A stretch of DNA of 64,000 bases from Escherichia coli (GCF_013315695.1 NZ_CP054353.1); one strand, 5' to 3'. Positions 33,122-49,151 are shown, counted from the first letter of the stretch. The notes: generated by a model from the letters alone, not told the origin. Numbers and translations: made by a program.

Positions 33122-34243
33122 ATGGTTGCTGAATTGACCGCATTACGCGATCAAATTGATGAAGTCGATAAAGCGCTGCTGAATTTATTAGCGAAGCGTC
33201 TGGAACTGGTTGCTGAAGTTGGCGAGGTGAAAAGCCGCTTTGGACTGCCTATTTATGTTCCGGAGCGCGAGGCATCTATGCTGGCCTCGCGGCGTGCAGA
33301 GGCGGAAGCTCTGGGTGTACCGCCAGATCTGATTGAGGATGTTTTGCGTCGGGTGATGCGTGAATCTTACTCCAGTGAAAACGACAAAGGATTTAAAACG
33401 CTTTGTCCGTCACTGCGTCCGGTGGTTATCGTCGGTGGTGGCGGTCAGATGGGACGTCTGTTCGAGAAGATGCTGGCACTCTCGGGTTATCAGGTGCGGA
33501 TTCTGGAGCAACATGACTGGGATCGCGCAGCTGATATTGTTGCCGATGCCGGAATGGTGATTGTTAGTGTGCCCATCCACGTTACTGAACAAGTTATTGG
33601 CAAATTACCGCCTTTACCGAAAGATTGTATTCTGGTCGATCTGGCATCAGTGAAAAATGGGCCATTACAGGCCATGCTGGCGGCGCATGATGGTCCGGTG
33701 CTGGGGCTACACCCGATGTTCGGTCCGGACAGCGGTAGCCTGGCAAAGCAAGTTGTGGTCTGGTGTGATGGACGTAAGCCGGAAGCATACCAATGGTTTC
33801 TGGAGCAAATTCAGGTCTGGGGCGCTCGGCTGCATCGTATTAGCGCTGTCGAGCACGATCAGAATATGGCGTTTATTCAGGCTCTGCGCCACTTTGCTAC
33901 TTTTGCTTATGGGCTGCACCTGGCAGAAGAAAATGTTCAGCTTGAGCAACTTCTGGCGCTCTCTTCGCCGATTTACCGCCTTGAACTGGCGATGGTTGGG
34001 CGACTGTTTGCTCAGGATCCGCAGCTTTATGCCGACATTATTATGTCGTCAGAGCGTAATCTGGCGTTAATCAAACGTTACTATAAGCGTTTCGGCGAGG
34101 CGATTGAGTTGCTGGAGCAGGGCGATAAGCAGGCGTTTATTGACAGTTTCCGCAAGGTGGAGCACTGGTTCGGCGATTACGCACAGCGTTTTCAGAGTGA
34201 AAGCCGCGTGTTATTGCGTCAGGCGAATGACAACCGTCACTAA
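33122..34243 (+). CDS. tyrA: Chorismate mutase / prephenate dehydrogenase TyrA
   Basis: 373 aa [20 protein letters not shown]. Confidence 0.95.
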   Translation: MVAELTALRDQIDEVDKALLNLLAKRLELVAEVGEVKSRFGLPIYVPEREASMLASRRAEAEALGVPPDLIEDVLRRVMRESYSSENDKGFKTLCPSLRPVVIVGGGGQMGRLFEKMLALSGYQVRILEQHDWDRAADIVADAGMVIVSVPIHVTEQVIGKLPPLPKDCILVDLASVKNGPLQAMLAAHDGPVLGLHPMFGPDSGSLAKQVVVWCDGRKPEAYQWFLEQIQVWGARLHRISAVEHDQNMAFIQALRHFATFAYGLHLAEENVQLEQLLALSSPIYRLELAMVGRLFAQDPQLYADIIMSSERNLALIKRYYKRFGEAIELLEQGDKQAFIDSFRKVEHWFGDYAQRFQSESRVLLRQANDNRH

Positions 34244-34285
34244 TAATCCAGTGCCGGGTGATTCACATCATCCGGCACCTTTTCA

Positions 34286-35446
34286 TCAGGTTGGATCAAC
34301 AGGCACTACGTTCTCACTTGGGTAACAGCCCAATACCTTCATCGAACGGGTGATGTCCCCTAACTCTTTCAATGCTTTTTGCATTTCCGCTGATTCAAGA
34401 TTGGCCTGAATATCCAGATAAAACATCTCTTCCCATGGATTACCGTGAATCGGGCGTGACTCCAGACGGGTCATAATCAGATTGTGGTTGCGCAGTACCA
34501 GCAACGCTTCAACCAGCGCACCAGCTTGTTGCCCGGTCGCCATTAACAACGTCGTTTTCGCTGGAACCTGGTCAGACACGTTAATGGCTTTACGTGCCAA
34601 CACCACAAATCGGGTGAAGTTTTGTCGCTGATTCGCTTCAATACGCTCCAGTACCTGCAAACCGTACAAAGTGCCGCCAGCTTCGCTTCCCAACGCAGCA
34701 ACATGCGGTGATTTTGCCTGTGCAACCTTTTCCATTGCCGCAGACGTACTTTCGGTATATTCAATCTTCCAGTGCGGATAACGATTAAGGAATTTGCTGC
34801 ATTGCTGGAATGGCTGCGGATGGCTGTAGACCGTATTGATGGTGGATAAATCAGTAGTGCCGGAGACCAACAAACAATGGTCGATAGTTAACGTCATCTC
34901 GCCAACAATCGACAAACTGGTATGTTGCAGCAGATCGTAAACGTCGTTTATGGCACCGGAGCTGGTATTTTCAATCGGTACGACGGCATAGTCGGCCTGG
35001 CCGGTTTCCACCTGATTAAAAATATCGGCAAATTTGGCGCAGCCACTTTCAATGAATTGCTCAAAGTGACGCGCAGCGTACTGACGAGCGGCAAGATGTG
35101 AATAGGAGCCTTTGGGGCCGAGAAAAGCGATGCGTGCTGAGTGCGGATTAATTTTATTGAGATGTTGCTGGAGCAGTGCCTGCTGAGTTAATACGGAATC
35201 TTCAATGATGAGCTGGAACAGGCGAGTAATGTAATGGGCGTCCAGATGGTGCGCTTTACCGAGCGTAATTAATCTTTCCAGCAAATCGCGTTCGCGATCA
35301 ATATTACGTACCGGGCGATGCGAGAGCAGTTTGGCTTTTCCCACCTCGACGGCCAGTTCGCGTCGCTCTGCCAGTAATGCTAATAATTTTTCATCCAGCG
35401 CGCTGATTTTCTCTCGCAGCGCCAGTAACGGGTTTTCCGATGTCAT
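34286..35446 (-). CDS. pheA: Chorismate mutase / prephenate dehydratase PheA
   Basis: 386 aa [22 protein letters not shown]. Confidence 0.95.
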   Translation of the reverse strand: MTSENPLLALREKISALDEKLLALLAERRELAVEVGKAKLLSHRPVRNIDRERDLLERLITLGKAHHLDAHYITRLFQLIIEDSVLTQQALLQQHLNKINPHSARIAFLGPKGSYSHLAARQYAARHFEQFIESGCAKFADIFNQVETGQADYAVVPIENTSSGAINDVYDLLQHTSLSIVGEMTLTIDHCLLVSGTTDLSTINTVYSHPQPFQQCSKFLNRYPHWKIEYTESTSAAMEKVAQAKSPHVAALGSEAGGTLYGLQVLERIEANQRQNFTRFVVLARKAINVSDQVPAKTTLLMATGQQAGALVEALLVLRNHNLIMTRLESRPIHGNPWEEMFYLDIQANLESAEMQKALKELGDITRSMKVLGCYPSENVVPVDPT

Positions 35447-35465
35447 AGTGTTGCCTTTTTGTTAT

Positions 35466-35498
35466 CAATAAAAAAGGCCCCCCGATTTGGGAGGCCTT
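35466..35498 (-). terminator. pheA attenuator terminator
   Basis: Minus strand ggcctcccaaatcggggggcc hairpin plus TTTTTTATT between pheL and pheA. Confidence 0.75.
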
Positions 35499-35544
35499 AT
35501 TGTTCGTCTTCGCATTCTGTTTCACACGACGAAACGCCTCCCAT

Positions 35545-35592
35545 TCAGGGGAAGGTAAAAAAGAATGCGAAGAAAAACGGTGTGTGTTTCAT
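35545..35592 (-). CDS. pheL: pheA leader peptide PheL
   Basis: MKHTPFFFAFFFTFP*; seven Phe codons; K-12 as recalled has Ile at position 4. Confidence 0.85.
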   Translation of the reverse strand: MKHTPFFFAFFFTFP

Positions 35593-35695
35593 GTTTGTTT
35601 CCTTAAGTGACTTTAGTACAGTACCCGTACTGTTTTCACGCTGTCAACAAAAAACGCGCCCGAAGGCGCGTTGGCGATACACTCAATATAAAGGA

Positions 35696-36091
<396 letters not shown>

Positions 36092-36283
36092 TCAAAATGT
36101 GTGATGGAAATCTCATAATTTTGTCACTTTTTGTCAACGAATCTTTTTTGTGAGAAATCGCAGGAAGAGGTGTTTTTTACTTGAGGAATATCTCAAAGCG
36201 AGCCATATTTGATGAGATCGATAGTGACTAAATCGCTTCAGTTTCACAACTAACAGAATAAAAAAACGGCAGCTCAAGGGCTG

Positions 36284-37709
36284 TAATGCCAGTCAGTTAA
36301 GCAACTGACTGGCTCTTTTTCGGGGCTGTGGGGTATTTCCAGGGCCTCTCCTTTACCACTCTCGGGAAGGCCCTTTCCCTTCTTGTCGGTAATTTCACAA
36401 GTTGTCCCATACTTGCAAGATCGCGCATCAGCTCCGGTATACGTCCCGGTGAAGCGCCCTGCAATGTCATCAGCATTCTCATCACCATTCCGCATGATTC
36501 TGAGAAACTCAGTTGATTCGGCCAGTAACCTTTCAGATGTTCCGCCATTTTAATCATCTGATATCTCACCAGATTATAAGCCAGTAAGACACCCCACAGC
36601 TCTTGCTCCACAAGCTCCGGTTTTTTACTTCTCAGCGTCAGCCTGCTCAGTTGCATCGTCTGTTTTATCTCCCTGTATCCCAGTTCGATTTCCCAGCGAT
36701 GACTGTACAGATCCGCCATTTCTCCTCCGGGGAAGCGCATGGCGTCCGTCATCGACGTCAGCAGATGGCAGACTTTTCCTTTGCGCGTCACGGTCAGCAG
36801 GCGGGCTGTCACTTCATTTCCCAGTCCCGGCCACTTTTTTCGTGCCTGCGGGCTGGTTTTCAGCTTCACCAGATGATCGCCTTTACCCAGTTTTCTGATC
36901 TCTTCATATTGCGCTCCCTTTCTGAGAGGTATCATCCAGTGGCGGTGTTCTCCCGCCAGGCTCCAGGCATTTAACAGTCCCAGTGAGTAATAACCTTTAT
37001 CCATTAACGTCAGAGTGTTATCGCCGGTTTGTTCTATAAGTTGCTCAGCAAGCTCATTTTCGCTGTTCTTCATCGTGCCGAAGGCTGCAGCCGTCAGCAG
37101 ATGGCTGGTCAGTTCCATCTGGCAGACCATTTTGACCTGCGGGTAGAGCGCCGGGTTCCCGGCATGTGTCTGGCGGGGGAAGGCTGCATCGTTCTCTGGT
37201 GTATCCGGTGTGCGCCAGAACACACCATCGATGGCCAGCAGGGTCAGGCCGCACCAGTGCGGATGCGGCGTGGCGTTATGCCAGAGCTGCGCTGTTTTCG
37301 TGAACACGCGGCGGACAGCCTCACTTCCCAGGCGCTGGCGGGCCTGAATAACGGCACTGGGGGCAACGAAGGGGCGATTGCCCGGCAGCATGATGTCCAG
37401 GCGATTCACAATCTGGTGAAGAGGTTCTTTACGCTCAAGCGCCATGCCAACAATACACCAGACCATCATTTCGAGGGGAAGACGGCGCTTGCGTAGCGTT
37501 ACAGTACCTGATTCGGCAAGGCAACGAGAGATGAGTTCGGGGTCGAGGTAATCCCCCAGAGAAGTCAGTGGGTTACGCAGAGAATCGTAACGGGATACCA
37601 GATCAAGAGCCTGTCCAATGTGCATAAAAAAATCCGGAAACAAGTGAGCGTTTCCGGATTCTTACACAGCCACTGGATCGGTCAACTGATCCTTAACTGA
37701 TCGGCATTA
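36284..37709 (-). mobile_element. IS4 insertion sequence, 1426 bp, complete
   Basis: Terminal inverted repeats taatgccagtcagttaag / taatgccgatcagttaag at both ends; encodes IS4 transposase; no flanking direct repeat. Confidence 0.9.
36297..37625 (-). CDS. insG: IS4 transposase
   Basis: About 442 aa from [19 protein letters not shown] (track ORF 448 aa). Confidence 0.9.
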   Translation of the reverse strand: MHIGQALDLVSRYDSLRNPLTSLGDYLDPELISRCLAESGTVTLRKRRLPLEMMVWCIVGMALERKEPLHQIVNRLDIMLPGNRPFVAPSAVIQARQRLGSEAVRRVFTKTAQLWHNATPHPHWCGLTLLAIDGVFWRTPDTPENDAAFPRQTHAGNPALYPQVKMVCQMELTSHLLTAAAFGTMKNSENELAEQLIEQTGDNTLTLMDKGYYSLGLLNAWSLAGEHRHWMIPLRKGAQYEEIRKLGKGDHLVKLKTSPQARKKWPGLGNEVTARLLTVTRKGKVCHLLTSMTDAMRFPGGEMADLYSHRWEIELGYREIKQTMQLSRLTLRSKKPELVEQELWGVLLAYNLVRYQMIKMAEHLKGYWPNQLSFSESCGMVMRMLMTLQGASPGRIPELMRDLASMGQLVKLPTRRERAFPRVVKERPWKYPTAPKKSQSVA

Positions 37710-37750
37710 CAGCCCGAAGGCTGGCATTTTTAAATCAGATAAAGTCAGAC

Positions 37751-39064
<1,314 letters not shown>

Positions 39065-39135
39065 TCACTAGTTAAACTGAAACTCCAGACAAACAACGCG
39101 TACCCAGGGTACGCGTTGCCGTTCTAACTTTTTTC

Positions 39136-40788
<1,653 letters not shown>

Positions 40789-41000
40789 TTAGGTTGAAAA
40801 GACGATGGAATAACCAGGACGGGAAAGCAGTATACCCGAACATGACCTGTGCCACAAACTTTCATTATCCCTCCTCTTCGCCAGCGCACTATTGAAATCA
40901 GGAGTGAGAAAATAGCCCCTTTGGGGTAAATGTTTTTGACGCAAATCAAGCGCTTGTCATTTAAAAAATGACACAAATGGCGCTTGACCACGTAATTCCC

Positions 41001-41792
41001 TTAGAGATCAATTTCCTGCCGTTTTACCTGTTGCCAGACTTCTTCCATTGTTTCGAGGTCAACACCTGTCATTTCCAGTCCACGCGCGGCAACAATACGC
41101 TCCACTTCGCGAAAACGGCGCTCGAATTTTTCATTGGCTTTTTGTAGTGCAATCTCTGCTTTTGTCCCTAAATGGCGGGCCATGTTGACCGTGGCAAACA
41201 GCAGGTCACCCATTTCCTCCTCCAGTTTAGCCTGGTCGACAACAGCCTGCCGCGCCTCGTACATCACCTCGTCGATCTCTTCGTAGACTTTATCGACTAC
41301 CGGACCAAGCGTCGTCCAGTCGAAACCAACGTTGGCGCAACGTTTCTGGATTTTTTGCGCACGCATTAAAGCCGGTAAACTACGAGGAATATCGTCCAGC
41401 GCCGAATGCTGCGCTTTCTGCGCGCGCTCTTCGGTTTTGATTTGCTCCCAACGGGCAAGCACTTCACTACTGTTTTCGGCAGAACTGTCAGCAAAAACAT
41501 GCGGATGGCGACGTTCTAATTTATCGCTGATCGCGGCGCAAATATCATTAAAGTCAAAGCGCCCTTCTTCCTGGGCCATTTGTGCGTAAAACACCACCTG
41601 GAACAGCAGATCGCCCAGTTCACCGCGCAGATCGTCAAAATCTTCACGGGCGATGGCGTCCAGCACCTCGTAGGTTTCTTCAAGGGTGTAAGGCGCAATG
41701 GTGGCAAATGTCTGCTCTTTATCCCACGGGCAGCCGTTTTCCGGATCGCGCAGGCGCTGCATAATAGTGAGCAAACGGTCGATTTGATTCAT
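41001..41792 (-). CDS. mazG: Nucleoside triphosphate pyrophosphohydrolase MazG
   Basis: 263 aa; tandem MazG domains with repeated EExxE motifs. Confidence 0.9.
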   Translation of the reverse strand: MNQIDRLLTIMQRLRDPENGCPWDKEQTFATIAPYTLEETYEVLDAIAREDFDDLRGELGDLLFQVVFYAQMAQEEGRFDFNDICAAISDKLERRHPHVFADSSAENSSEVLARWEQIKTEERAQKAQHSALDDIPRSLPALMRAQKIQKRCANVGFDWTTLGPVVDKVYEEIDEVMYEARQAVVDQAKLEEEMGDLLFATVNMARHLGTKAEIALQKANEKFERRFREVERIVAARGLEMTGVDLETMEEVWQQVKRQEIDL

Positions 41793-41863
41793 TAGAATGT
41801 CCTGAAAATTGCGGGTCTGTCAGGTGGAAACCTGTGACCAGAATAGAAGTGAGTTAGTAACAC

Positions 41864-42199
41864 CTAGCCAATCAGCACGTTAATTTTGGCTTTAATGAGT
41901 TGTAATTCCTCTGGGGCAACCGTTCCTTTCTTCGTTACTCCTCTTGCCCGCCAGGCGATTCTTTTTACCTGATCAGCTAACGCTACGCCATCACGTTCCT
42001 GACCGGATAGAACAACTTCAAACGGATATCCTTTTGATTGCGTTGTACAAGGAACACACAGACACATACCTGTTTTGTTGTTGTACATGAACGGACTGAG
42101 GACAACAGCCGGACGATGTCCGGCTTGCTCGCTACCTTTTGTCGGGTCAAAATCAACCCAAATCAGATCGCCCATATCGGGTACGTATCGGCTTACCAT
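41864..42199 (-). CDS. mazF: mRNA interferase toxin MazF
   Basis: 111 aa [35 protein letters not shown]. Confidence 0.95.
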   Translation of the reverse strand: MVSRYVPDMGDLIWVDFDPTKGSEQAGHRPAVVLSPFMYNNKTGMCLCVPCTTQSKGYPFEVVLSGQERDGVALADQVKRIAWRARGVTKKGTVAPEELQLIKAKINVLIG

Positions 42200-42447
42200 T
42201 ACCAGACTTCCTTATCTTTCGGCTCCCCCCAGTCGATATTCTCGTGGAGGTTTTCCGGCGTGATGTCGCTGACCAGTTCAGCAAGCGTAAATACGGGCTC
42301 TTTACGTACTGGCTCAATAATTAATTTGCCATCCACCAGGTCAATCTTCACTTCATCATCAATATTCAGATTGAGCGCCTGCATTAACGTAGCTGGGATC
42401 CGCACTGCAGGAGAATTTCCCCAACGCTTTACGCTACTGTGGATCAT
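42199..42447 (-). CDS. mazE: Antitoxin MazE
   Basis: 82 aa [25 protein letters not shown]; overlaps mazF start. Confidence 0.95.
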   Translation of the reverse strand: MIHSSVKRWGNSPAVRIPATLMQALNLNIDDEVKIDLVDGKLIIEPVRKEPVFTLAELVSDITPENLHENIDWGEPKDKEVW

Positions 42448-42524
42448 AACCCTTTCCTCAAACCGCTATCATATGTAGATACAGTATATATCAATCTACA
42501 TTGTAGATACGAGCAAATTTCGGC

Positions 42525-44759
42525 CTAACTCCCGTGCAACCGACGTGCGTCGATAACATCCGGCACCTGGTTGAGTTTACCCAGCACGCGGCCCAGCACT
42601 TGCAGGTTGTAAATCTCAATGGTCATGTCGATGGTCGCCAGTTGCTGTTTGGTGTCGCTACGGCTGGCAACGCCAAGCACGTTCACTTTCTCATTGGCGA
42701 GAATGGTTGTGATATCACGTAACAACCCACTACGATCATTAGCCACCACGCGGACCACCAGCGAATATCCGGCGGAGTAGCTCTCGCCCCATACCGCATC
42801 AACAATACGTTCTGGCGCATGGGAGCGCAGTTCCGCTAGTTGTTCGCAATCGGCGCGGTGTACTGAAATACCGCGTCCCTGAGTAATGAAACCAACTATT
42901 TCATCACCAGGAATCGGCTGGCAGCAGCGCGCGATGTGGTGCATCAGGTTACCGACACCTTCAACCACCACACGACCGTTATCTTTACTGCGGTTTTGCG
43001 GCGTATAGCTTTTTTGCTGAAGTTGCTTCAGCGCGGCGGCATCCTGCTCTTCGGCACTCGGCTTATTAAATTGCGATTGCAGGAAGTTCACCATCTGATT
43101 GAGACGGATATCCCCGCCACCAATCGCCGCCAGCAACTCGTCGACATCATTGAAGTTGTAACGCGGCAGCAGATGTTTTTCTGCTTCTTTCAGGCTGATC
43201 CCCAGATGTTCCAGCTCGTCGTCAAGGATTTGCCGCCCAGCCAGAATGTTTTTGTCACGGTCCTGTTTACGGAACCAGGCGTGAATTTTCGAACGCCCAC
43301 GGCTGGTTGTGACGTAACCGAGGTTTGGGTTTAACCAGTCACGGCTGGGGTTCGGCTGTTTCTGGGTGATAATTTCAATCTGGTCGCCCATCTGCAGCTG
43401 GTAGGTGAACGGCACAATGCGCCCGCCAATTTTTGCCCCGATGCAGCGGTGTCCGACATCACTGTGGATGTGGTAAGCGAAGTCCAGCGGTGTTGATCCC
43501 GCAGGCAAATCAACGACATCACCTTTCGGCGTAAAGACGTACACCCGGTCGTCAAAGACCTGGCTACGTACTTCGTCGAGCATTTCGCCGGAATCAGCCA
43601 TCTCTTCCTGCCACGCAATCAGTTTACGCAGCCAGGCAATCCGGTCTTCATGTCCCGAACGTGCGCCGCCAGCTGCCGCGCCCTCTTTATATTTCCAGTG
43701 CGCAGCAACACCCAACTCTGCATCTTCATGCATCTGTTTAGTGCGGATTTGGATCTCTACGGTTTTGCCACCCGGCCCCAGAACCACGGTATGAATAGAC
43801 TGATAACCGTTTGGTTTCGGGTTAGCGACGTAATCGTCAAACTCATCCGGCAGGTGGCGATAGTGAGTGTGCACTATCCCCAGTGCGGCATAACAATCCT
43901 GTAAACGCTCGGCGACAATACGTACCGCACGCACATCAAACAGCTCATCGAAGGCGAGGTTCTTTTTCTGCATTTTGCGCCAGATGCTGTAGATATGTTT
44001 CGGTCGACCATACACTTCAGCTTTAACGCCTTCAGCTTTCATCTCAGCGCGCAGATGACCGACAAACTCTTCGATATAGTGTTCGCGGTCGAGACGGCGT
44101 TCATGCAGCAGTTTTGCGATGCGTTTGTATTCGGTCGGGTGGAGATAACGGAAGCAGTAATCTTCCAGCTCCCATTTCAGTTGTCCAATCCCAAGACGGT
44201 TCGCCAACGGCGCGTAGATATTGGTGCACTCTTTTGCCGCCAGTACGCGTTCATCTTCCGGCGCGTCTTTTACTTCGCGCAGATGAGCAATACGCTCTGC
44301 CAGTTTGATGACCACGCAGCGAAAATCATCGACCATCGCCAATAACATCCGGCGAACGTTATCGACCTGTTCGGAGGAAACAGAATCGGTATGCGTCGCT
44401 TTCAGCTGGCGGATCGCCGCCATATCACGCACGCCGTGAATAAGGTTAACGACCGACTTACCGACGCTCTCACGCAGCACATCTTCGCTGACTACGTTGG
44501 CATCGGCCAGAGGGAACAGCAGCGCCGCCCGCAGCGTGTCAATGTCCATACTTAATGTCGAGAGGATCTCCACCATCTCAACACCACGCCACAATAACAG
44601 ACTGGCATCCGGATGCCCCTGCGTCTGTTGCAGACAATACGCCCAGGTTTCGGCTAAGCACTCACACGACTTCTGGCTGGTAATACCCAGACTTGCGATC
44701 CATTTTTCCGGATCAAATTCACCAGCCTTATTGATATGTGCACTTCTTACCGCAACCAT
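42525..44759 (-). CDS. relA: (p)ppGpp synthetase RelA
   Basis: 744 aa; synthetase, TGS and ACT regions. Confidence 0.95.
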   Translation of the reverse strand: MVAVRSAHINKAGEFDPEKWIASLGITSQKSCECLAETWAYCLQQTQGHPDASLLLWRGVEMVEILSTLSMDIDTLRAALLFPLADANVVSEDVLRESVGKSVVNLIHGVRDMAAIRQLKATHTDSVSSEQVDNVRRMLLAMVDDFRCVVIKLAERIAHLREVKDAPEDERVLAAKECTNIYAPLANRLGIGQLKWELEDYCFRYLHPTEYKRIAKLLHERRLDREHYIEEFVGHLRAEMKAEGVKAEVYGRPKHIYSIWRKMQKKNLAFDELFDVRAVRIVAERLQDCYAALGIVHTHYRHLPDEFDDYVANPKPNGYQSIHTVVLGPGGKTVEIQIRTKQMHEDAELGVAAHWKYKEGAAAGGARSGHEDRIAWLRKLIAWQEEMADSGEMLDEVRSQVFDDRVYVFTPKGDVVDLPAGSTPLDFAYHIHSDVGHRCIGAKIGGRIVPFTYQLQMGDQIEIITQKQPNPSRDWLNPNLGYVTTSRGRSKIHAWFRKQDRDKNILAGRQILDDELEHLGISLKEAEKHLLPRYNFNDVDELLAAIGGGDIRLNQMVNFLQSQFNKPSAEEQDAAALKQLQQKSYTPQNRSKDNGRVVVEGVGNLMHHIARCCQPIPGDEIVGFITQGRGISVHRADCEQLAELRSHAPERIVDAVWGESYSAGYSLVVRVVANDRSGLLRDITTILANEKVNVLGVASRSDTKQQLATIDMTIEIYNLQVLGRVLGKLNQVPDVIDARRLHGS

Positions 44760-44806
44760 CGTCCTCTCCTTTAGGGACCAGACCTGCCGAAATCGGCAAA
44801 TCGTAA

Positions 44807-46108
44807 CTATTTAACGCGCGAGAAAAGTACCATCGATTCCAGATGTCCCGTGTGTGGGAACATATCCAGCATCGCCAGTCGCGCAATGGTATATCCTGCT
44901 TTTAATAACGCTTCGCTATCCCGAGCCAGCGTTGCAGGATTACAGGATACATAAACTATACGAATAGGTTCCAGTTTTATAATTTGCTGCATAACACCTG
45001 CGGCACCTGCTCGCGCCGGGTCCAGCAACACTTTATCGAAGCCGTTTTTCGCCCACGGCTGCTTTGTGACATCTTCTTCAAGATTTTCGTGATAAAACGT
45101 CACATTGTGTAAGCCATTAAGACGCGCATTCTGCTGGCCTTTTTCCACCAGCGCCGGAACACCTTCTACACCCACCACACTGGCAGCTTGTGTCGCCAAT
45201 GGCAGTGTAAAGTTGCCCATACCGCAGAACAGATCCAGTACGCGATCTTCAGGTTGTACATCCAGCCATTCCAACGCACGCGCTACCATTTTTTGGTTCA
45301 CACCCGCATTGACCTGAATAAAATCGCGCGGGCTAAAAGTTAAGCGCAACCCGTTTGAGTCATACCAGGGCATCTCACCAGAGACGGTTTCGAGTATCTC
45401 ACTATCGGGGGCGAGATACAGATCCAGTCCTTCAGAATGCGAAAAGCGTTCCAGTTTTTCGCGATCTGCCGAACTTAGCGGTGCGGTATGGCGCAAAATC
45501 ATCAGCGTGCCGCTGGTTGCCTGTACCAGTTCAACATGACCAAGATGGCGCATAGCTTGTAAGCTGCCCAGGCATGCCCTGACTTTGGGCAGCAATGCTT
45601 CAAGTTGGGGCACTAAAATGGGGCATTGTTTAACGTCGACAATGTCACTGGAGCCCGCTTTGCGAAACCCCATCTGAAGTTGCTGTGTTTTCGGTAAGTA
45701 GTTCAGACTTAAACGCGCGCGACGGCGATAGCCCCAGGGAACATCGGCGATCACTTCAGAGACTTCGTGTTTCATTAATCGGGCGAGTGCCGCACTTTTG
45801 CTTCGCTGCTGTAAATCCACACTGGCGTGTTGTTGCTGACAGCCGCCGCATACGCCAAAATGAGGGCAGCGTGGCGTTTCGCGTTCCGGGCTATCGCTTA
45901 ACCGGCGCACGACTTTAGCGCGGGCGTATTGTTTTTTATCTTCAGTAACAGTAACTTCCGCGTTTTCCTGTGGCAATAATCCAGGAATAAATAACGTTTT
46001 GCCGTTATGTCGCGCCACGCCCTGACCAAAAGAGTCGAGGTCATTGACTGAAACGGTTATGATCTGACGCGTCGTCGTGTGTCGTTTTGCAGAGTAGAAT
46101 TGCGCCAT
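44807..46108 (-). CDS. rlmD: 23S rRNA m5U1939 methyltransferase RlmD (RumA)
   Basis: 433 aa; TRAM domain, Cys cluster, SAM-binding motif. Confidence 0.9.
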   Translation of the reverse strand: MAQFYSAKRHTTTRQIITVSVNDLDSFGQGVARHNGKTLFIPGLLPQENAEVTVTEDKKQYARAKVVRRLSDSPERETPRCPHFGVCGGCQQQHASVDLQQRSKSAALARLMKHEVSEVIADVPWGYRRRARLSLNYLPKTQQLQMGFRKAGSSDIVDVKQCPILVPQLEALLPKVRACLGSLQAMRHLGHVELVQATSGTLMILRHTAPLSSADREKLERFSHSEGLDLYLAPDSEILETVSGEMPWYDSNGLRLTFSPRDFIQVNAGVNQKMVARALEWLDVQPEDRVLDLFCGMGNFTLPLATQAASVVGVEGVPALVEKGQQNARLNGLHNVTFYHENLEEDVTKQPWAKNGFDKVLLDPARAGAAGVMQQIIKLEPIRIVYVSCNPATLARDSEALLKAGYTIARLAMLDMFPHTGHLESMVLFSRVK

Positions 46109-46164
46109 TGGCGAGACTTTCTCAATTTAACAGTGTGACCTTAATTGTCCCATAACGGAACTCC

Positions 46165-48921
46165 ATGACCAACTACAGCCTGCGCGCACGCATGATGATT
46201 CTGATCCTGGCACCGACCGTCCTGATTGGTTTATTGCTGAGTATCTTTTTCGTCGTGCATCGCTATAACGACTTGCAGCGTCAACTGGAAGATGCCGGTG
46301 CCAGCATTATTGAGCCGCTTGCAGTTTCTACTGAATATGGCATGAGCCTGCAAAATCGCGAATCTATCGGTCAGTTAATAAGCGTACTGCATCGCCGCCA
46401 TTCCGATATTGTTCGCGCAATTTCGGTTTATGATGAAAATAACCGACTCTTTGTCACCTCCAATTTTCATCTTGATCCTTCATCAATGCAGCTCGGTAGC
46501 AACGTGCCGTTTCCTCGCCAGCTCACTGTCACACGTGACGGCGATATTATGATCCTCCGCACGCCGATTATTTCTGAGAGTTACTCCCCCGACGAATCGC
46601 CCAGTAGCGATGCCAAAAATAGTCAAAATATGTTGGGATATATTGCGCTTGAGCTGGATCTTAAATCGGTTCGCTTGCAGCAATATAAAGAGATCTTTAT
46701 TTCCAGCGTGATGATGCTGTTTTGTATCGGTATTGCGCTTATTTTTGGCTGGCGCTTAATGCGCGATGTAACCGGTCCGATTCGCAATATGGTGAATACC
46801 GTCGACCGCATCCGTCGCGGGCAACTCGACAGCCGGGTGGAAGGATTTATGCTCGGCGAGCTGGATATGCTGAAAAACGGTATCAACTCGATGGCAATGT
46901 CGCTGGCTGCTTATCACGAAGAGATGCAACACAATATCGACCAGGCGACGTCCGATCTGCGTGAAACGCTGGAGCAAATGGAGATTCAGAACGTTGAGTT
47001 GGATCTGGCGAAAAAGCGCGCCCAGGAAGCGGCGCGTATTAAATCCGAGTTTCTGGCAAATATGTCACACGAGCTGCGTACACCACTGAATGGTGTTATT
47101 GGCTTTACCCGCCTGACGCTGAAAACAGAATTAACACCAACGCAGCGCGATCACCTGAATACGATTGAACGTTCGGCAAATAATTTGCTGGCAATTATTA
47201 ATGATGTTCTCGACTTCTCGAAACTGGAAGCCGGTAAGCTGATTCTGGAAAGTATTCCATTCCCACTACGCAGCACGCTGGATGAAGTCGTTACCCTGCT
47301 GGCACATTCTTCTCACGATAAAGGGCTGGAACTGACGCTCAATATTAAAAGCGACGTGCCTGATAACGTGATCGGCGACCCACTACGATTACAGCAAATC
47401 ATCACTAACCTGGTGGGGAATGCAATTAAATTCACCGAGAATGGCAACATTGATATTCTGGTAGAAAAACGTGCGCTGAGTAATACCAAAGTGCAAATTG
47501 AAGTGCAGATTCGGGATACCGGCATTGGTATTCCTGAACGCGATCAATCGCGCTTATTCCAGGCCTTCAGACAGGCTGATGCCAGTATTTCCCGCCGTCA
47601 TGGTGGCACCGGGCTGGGGCTGGTGATTACACAAAAACTGGTTAATGAAATGGGCGGTGATATTTCGTTCCATAGCCAGCCGAATCGTGGTTCAACTTTC
47701 TGGTTCCACATTAATCTCGATCTGAACCCGAACATTATTATCGAAGGGCCATCCACCCAGTGCCTCGCCGGTAAGCGCCTGGCCTATGTCGAACCAAATT
47801 CCGCAGCAGCGCAATGCACGCTGGATATTTTAAGTGAAACGCCGCTGGAAGTGGTTTATAGCCCAACGTTCTCCGCGCTGCCTCCCGCGCATTACGACAT
47901 GATGTTATTAGGCATAGCGGTGACCTTCCGCGAGCCGCTAACAATGCAACATGAGCGATTAGCGAAAGCAGTATCGATGACCGATTTCCTGATGCTGGCA
48001 CTTCCTTGCCATGCACAAGTCAATGCTGAAAAACTTAAGCAAGATGGTATCGGCGCGTGTCTGCTGAAACCATTAACACCTACGCGCCTGTTGCCTGCCC
48101 TGACGGAATTTTGTCATCACAAACAAAACACGCTTTTGCCTGTAACCGATGAAAGTAAGCTGGCAATGACAGTCATGGCGGTTGATGACAACCCCGCTAA
48201 CCTGAAACTTATCGGCGCATTGCTGGAAGATATGGTGCAACATGTGGAACTTTGCGATAGCGGGCATCAGGCGGTTGAACGGGCGAAACAGATGCCGTTC
48301 GATTTGATCTTAATGGATATTCAAATGCCGGACATGGATGGCATTCGGGCCTGCGAACTCATCCACCAACTCCCGCATCAGCAACAAACGCCGGTTATCG
48401 CGGTAACGGCGCATGCAATGGCCGGGCAAAAAGAGAAGCTGCTTGGCGCAGGGATGAGCGATTATCTGGCGAAACCGATTGAAGAAGAGCGATTGCATAA
48501 TTTGTTGTTGCGCTACAAGCCTGGCAGCGGTATTTCCTCTCGCGTCGTGACGCCCGAAGTCAACGAAATTGTGGTGAACCCGAATGCGACCCTCGACTGG
48601 CAACTGGCACTACGCCAGGCAGCAGGAAAAACCGATTTAGCGCGCGATATGCTGCAAATGTTACTCGATTTCCTGCCTGAAGTTCGCAACAAAGTTGAGG
48701 AACAGCTGGTTGGAGAAAACCCGGAAGGCCTGGTTGATTTGATTCATAAACTGCATGGCAGTTGCGGCTATAGCGGTGTGCCGCGTATGAAGAATCTCTG
48801 CCAACTGATCGAACAACAGCTACGTAGCGGTACTAAAGAAGAAGATTTGGAGCCGGAGCTGCTGGAACTGTTAGACGAGATGGATAATGTAGCGCGCGAA
48901 GCCAGCAAAATTCTCGGGTAA
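46165..48921 (+). CDS. barA: Tripartite sensor histidine kinase BarA
   Basis: 918 aa; two TM helices, HAMP, HisKA (HELRTP), ATPase, receiver and HPt domains. Confidence 0.95.
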
Positions 48922-48983
48922 CGGACGTCTTGTCGAGTAGCAATCGGCTTTTTATGAAGCTGGTTTCAGACTGGTGACAAAGT

Positions 48984-49030
48984 GCCTGTGTTTATGCCGG
49001 ATGCGGCGTTAACGCCTTATCCTGCCTACA
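48984..49030. repeat. REP (repetitive extragenic palindromic) element
   Basis: gcctgtgtttatgccggatgcggcgttaacgccttatcc matches REP consensus GCCGGATGCGGCG. Confidence 0.6.
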
Positions 49031-49114
49031 AAACCAATTAAATTCAATGAATTAAAAAGTATGTTGGCCTGATACGTAGCGCAACAGGCAATTTTGCGTT
49101 TGGCATCAGTCTCA

Positions 49115-49148
49115 AACCGGCTCCTGACAGAGCCGGTTTTTGTTTTCA
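49115..49148. terminator. Bidirectional terminator between barA and gudD
   Basis: aaaccggctcctgacagagccggttttt hairpin with flanking T run. Confidence 0.6.
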
Positions 49149-49151
49149 GTC

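Noticed and set aside
36272-37722. Short GC-rich motif ending in GGGCTG at both IS4 junctions as a possible target-site duplication
   Set aside because: The flanks are inverted relative to each other, not direct, and shorter than the expected 11-13 bp duplication; treated as evidence against simple insertion rather than as a duplication
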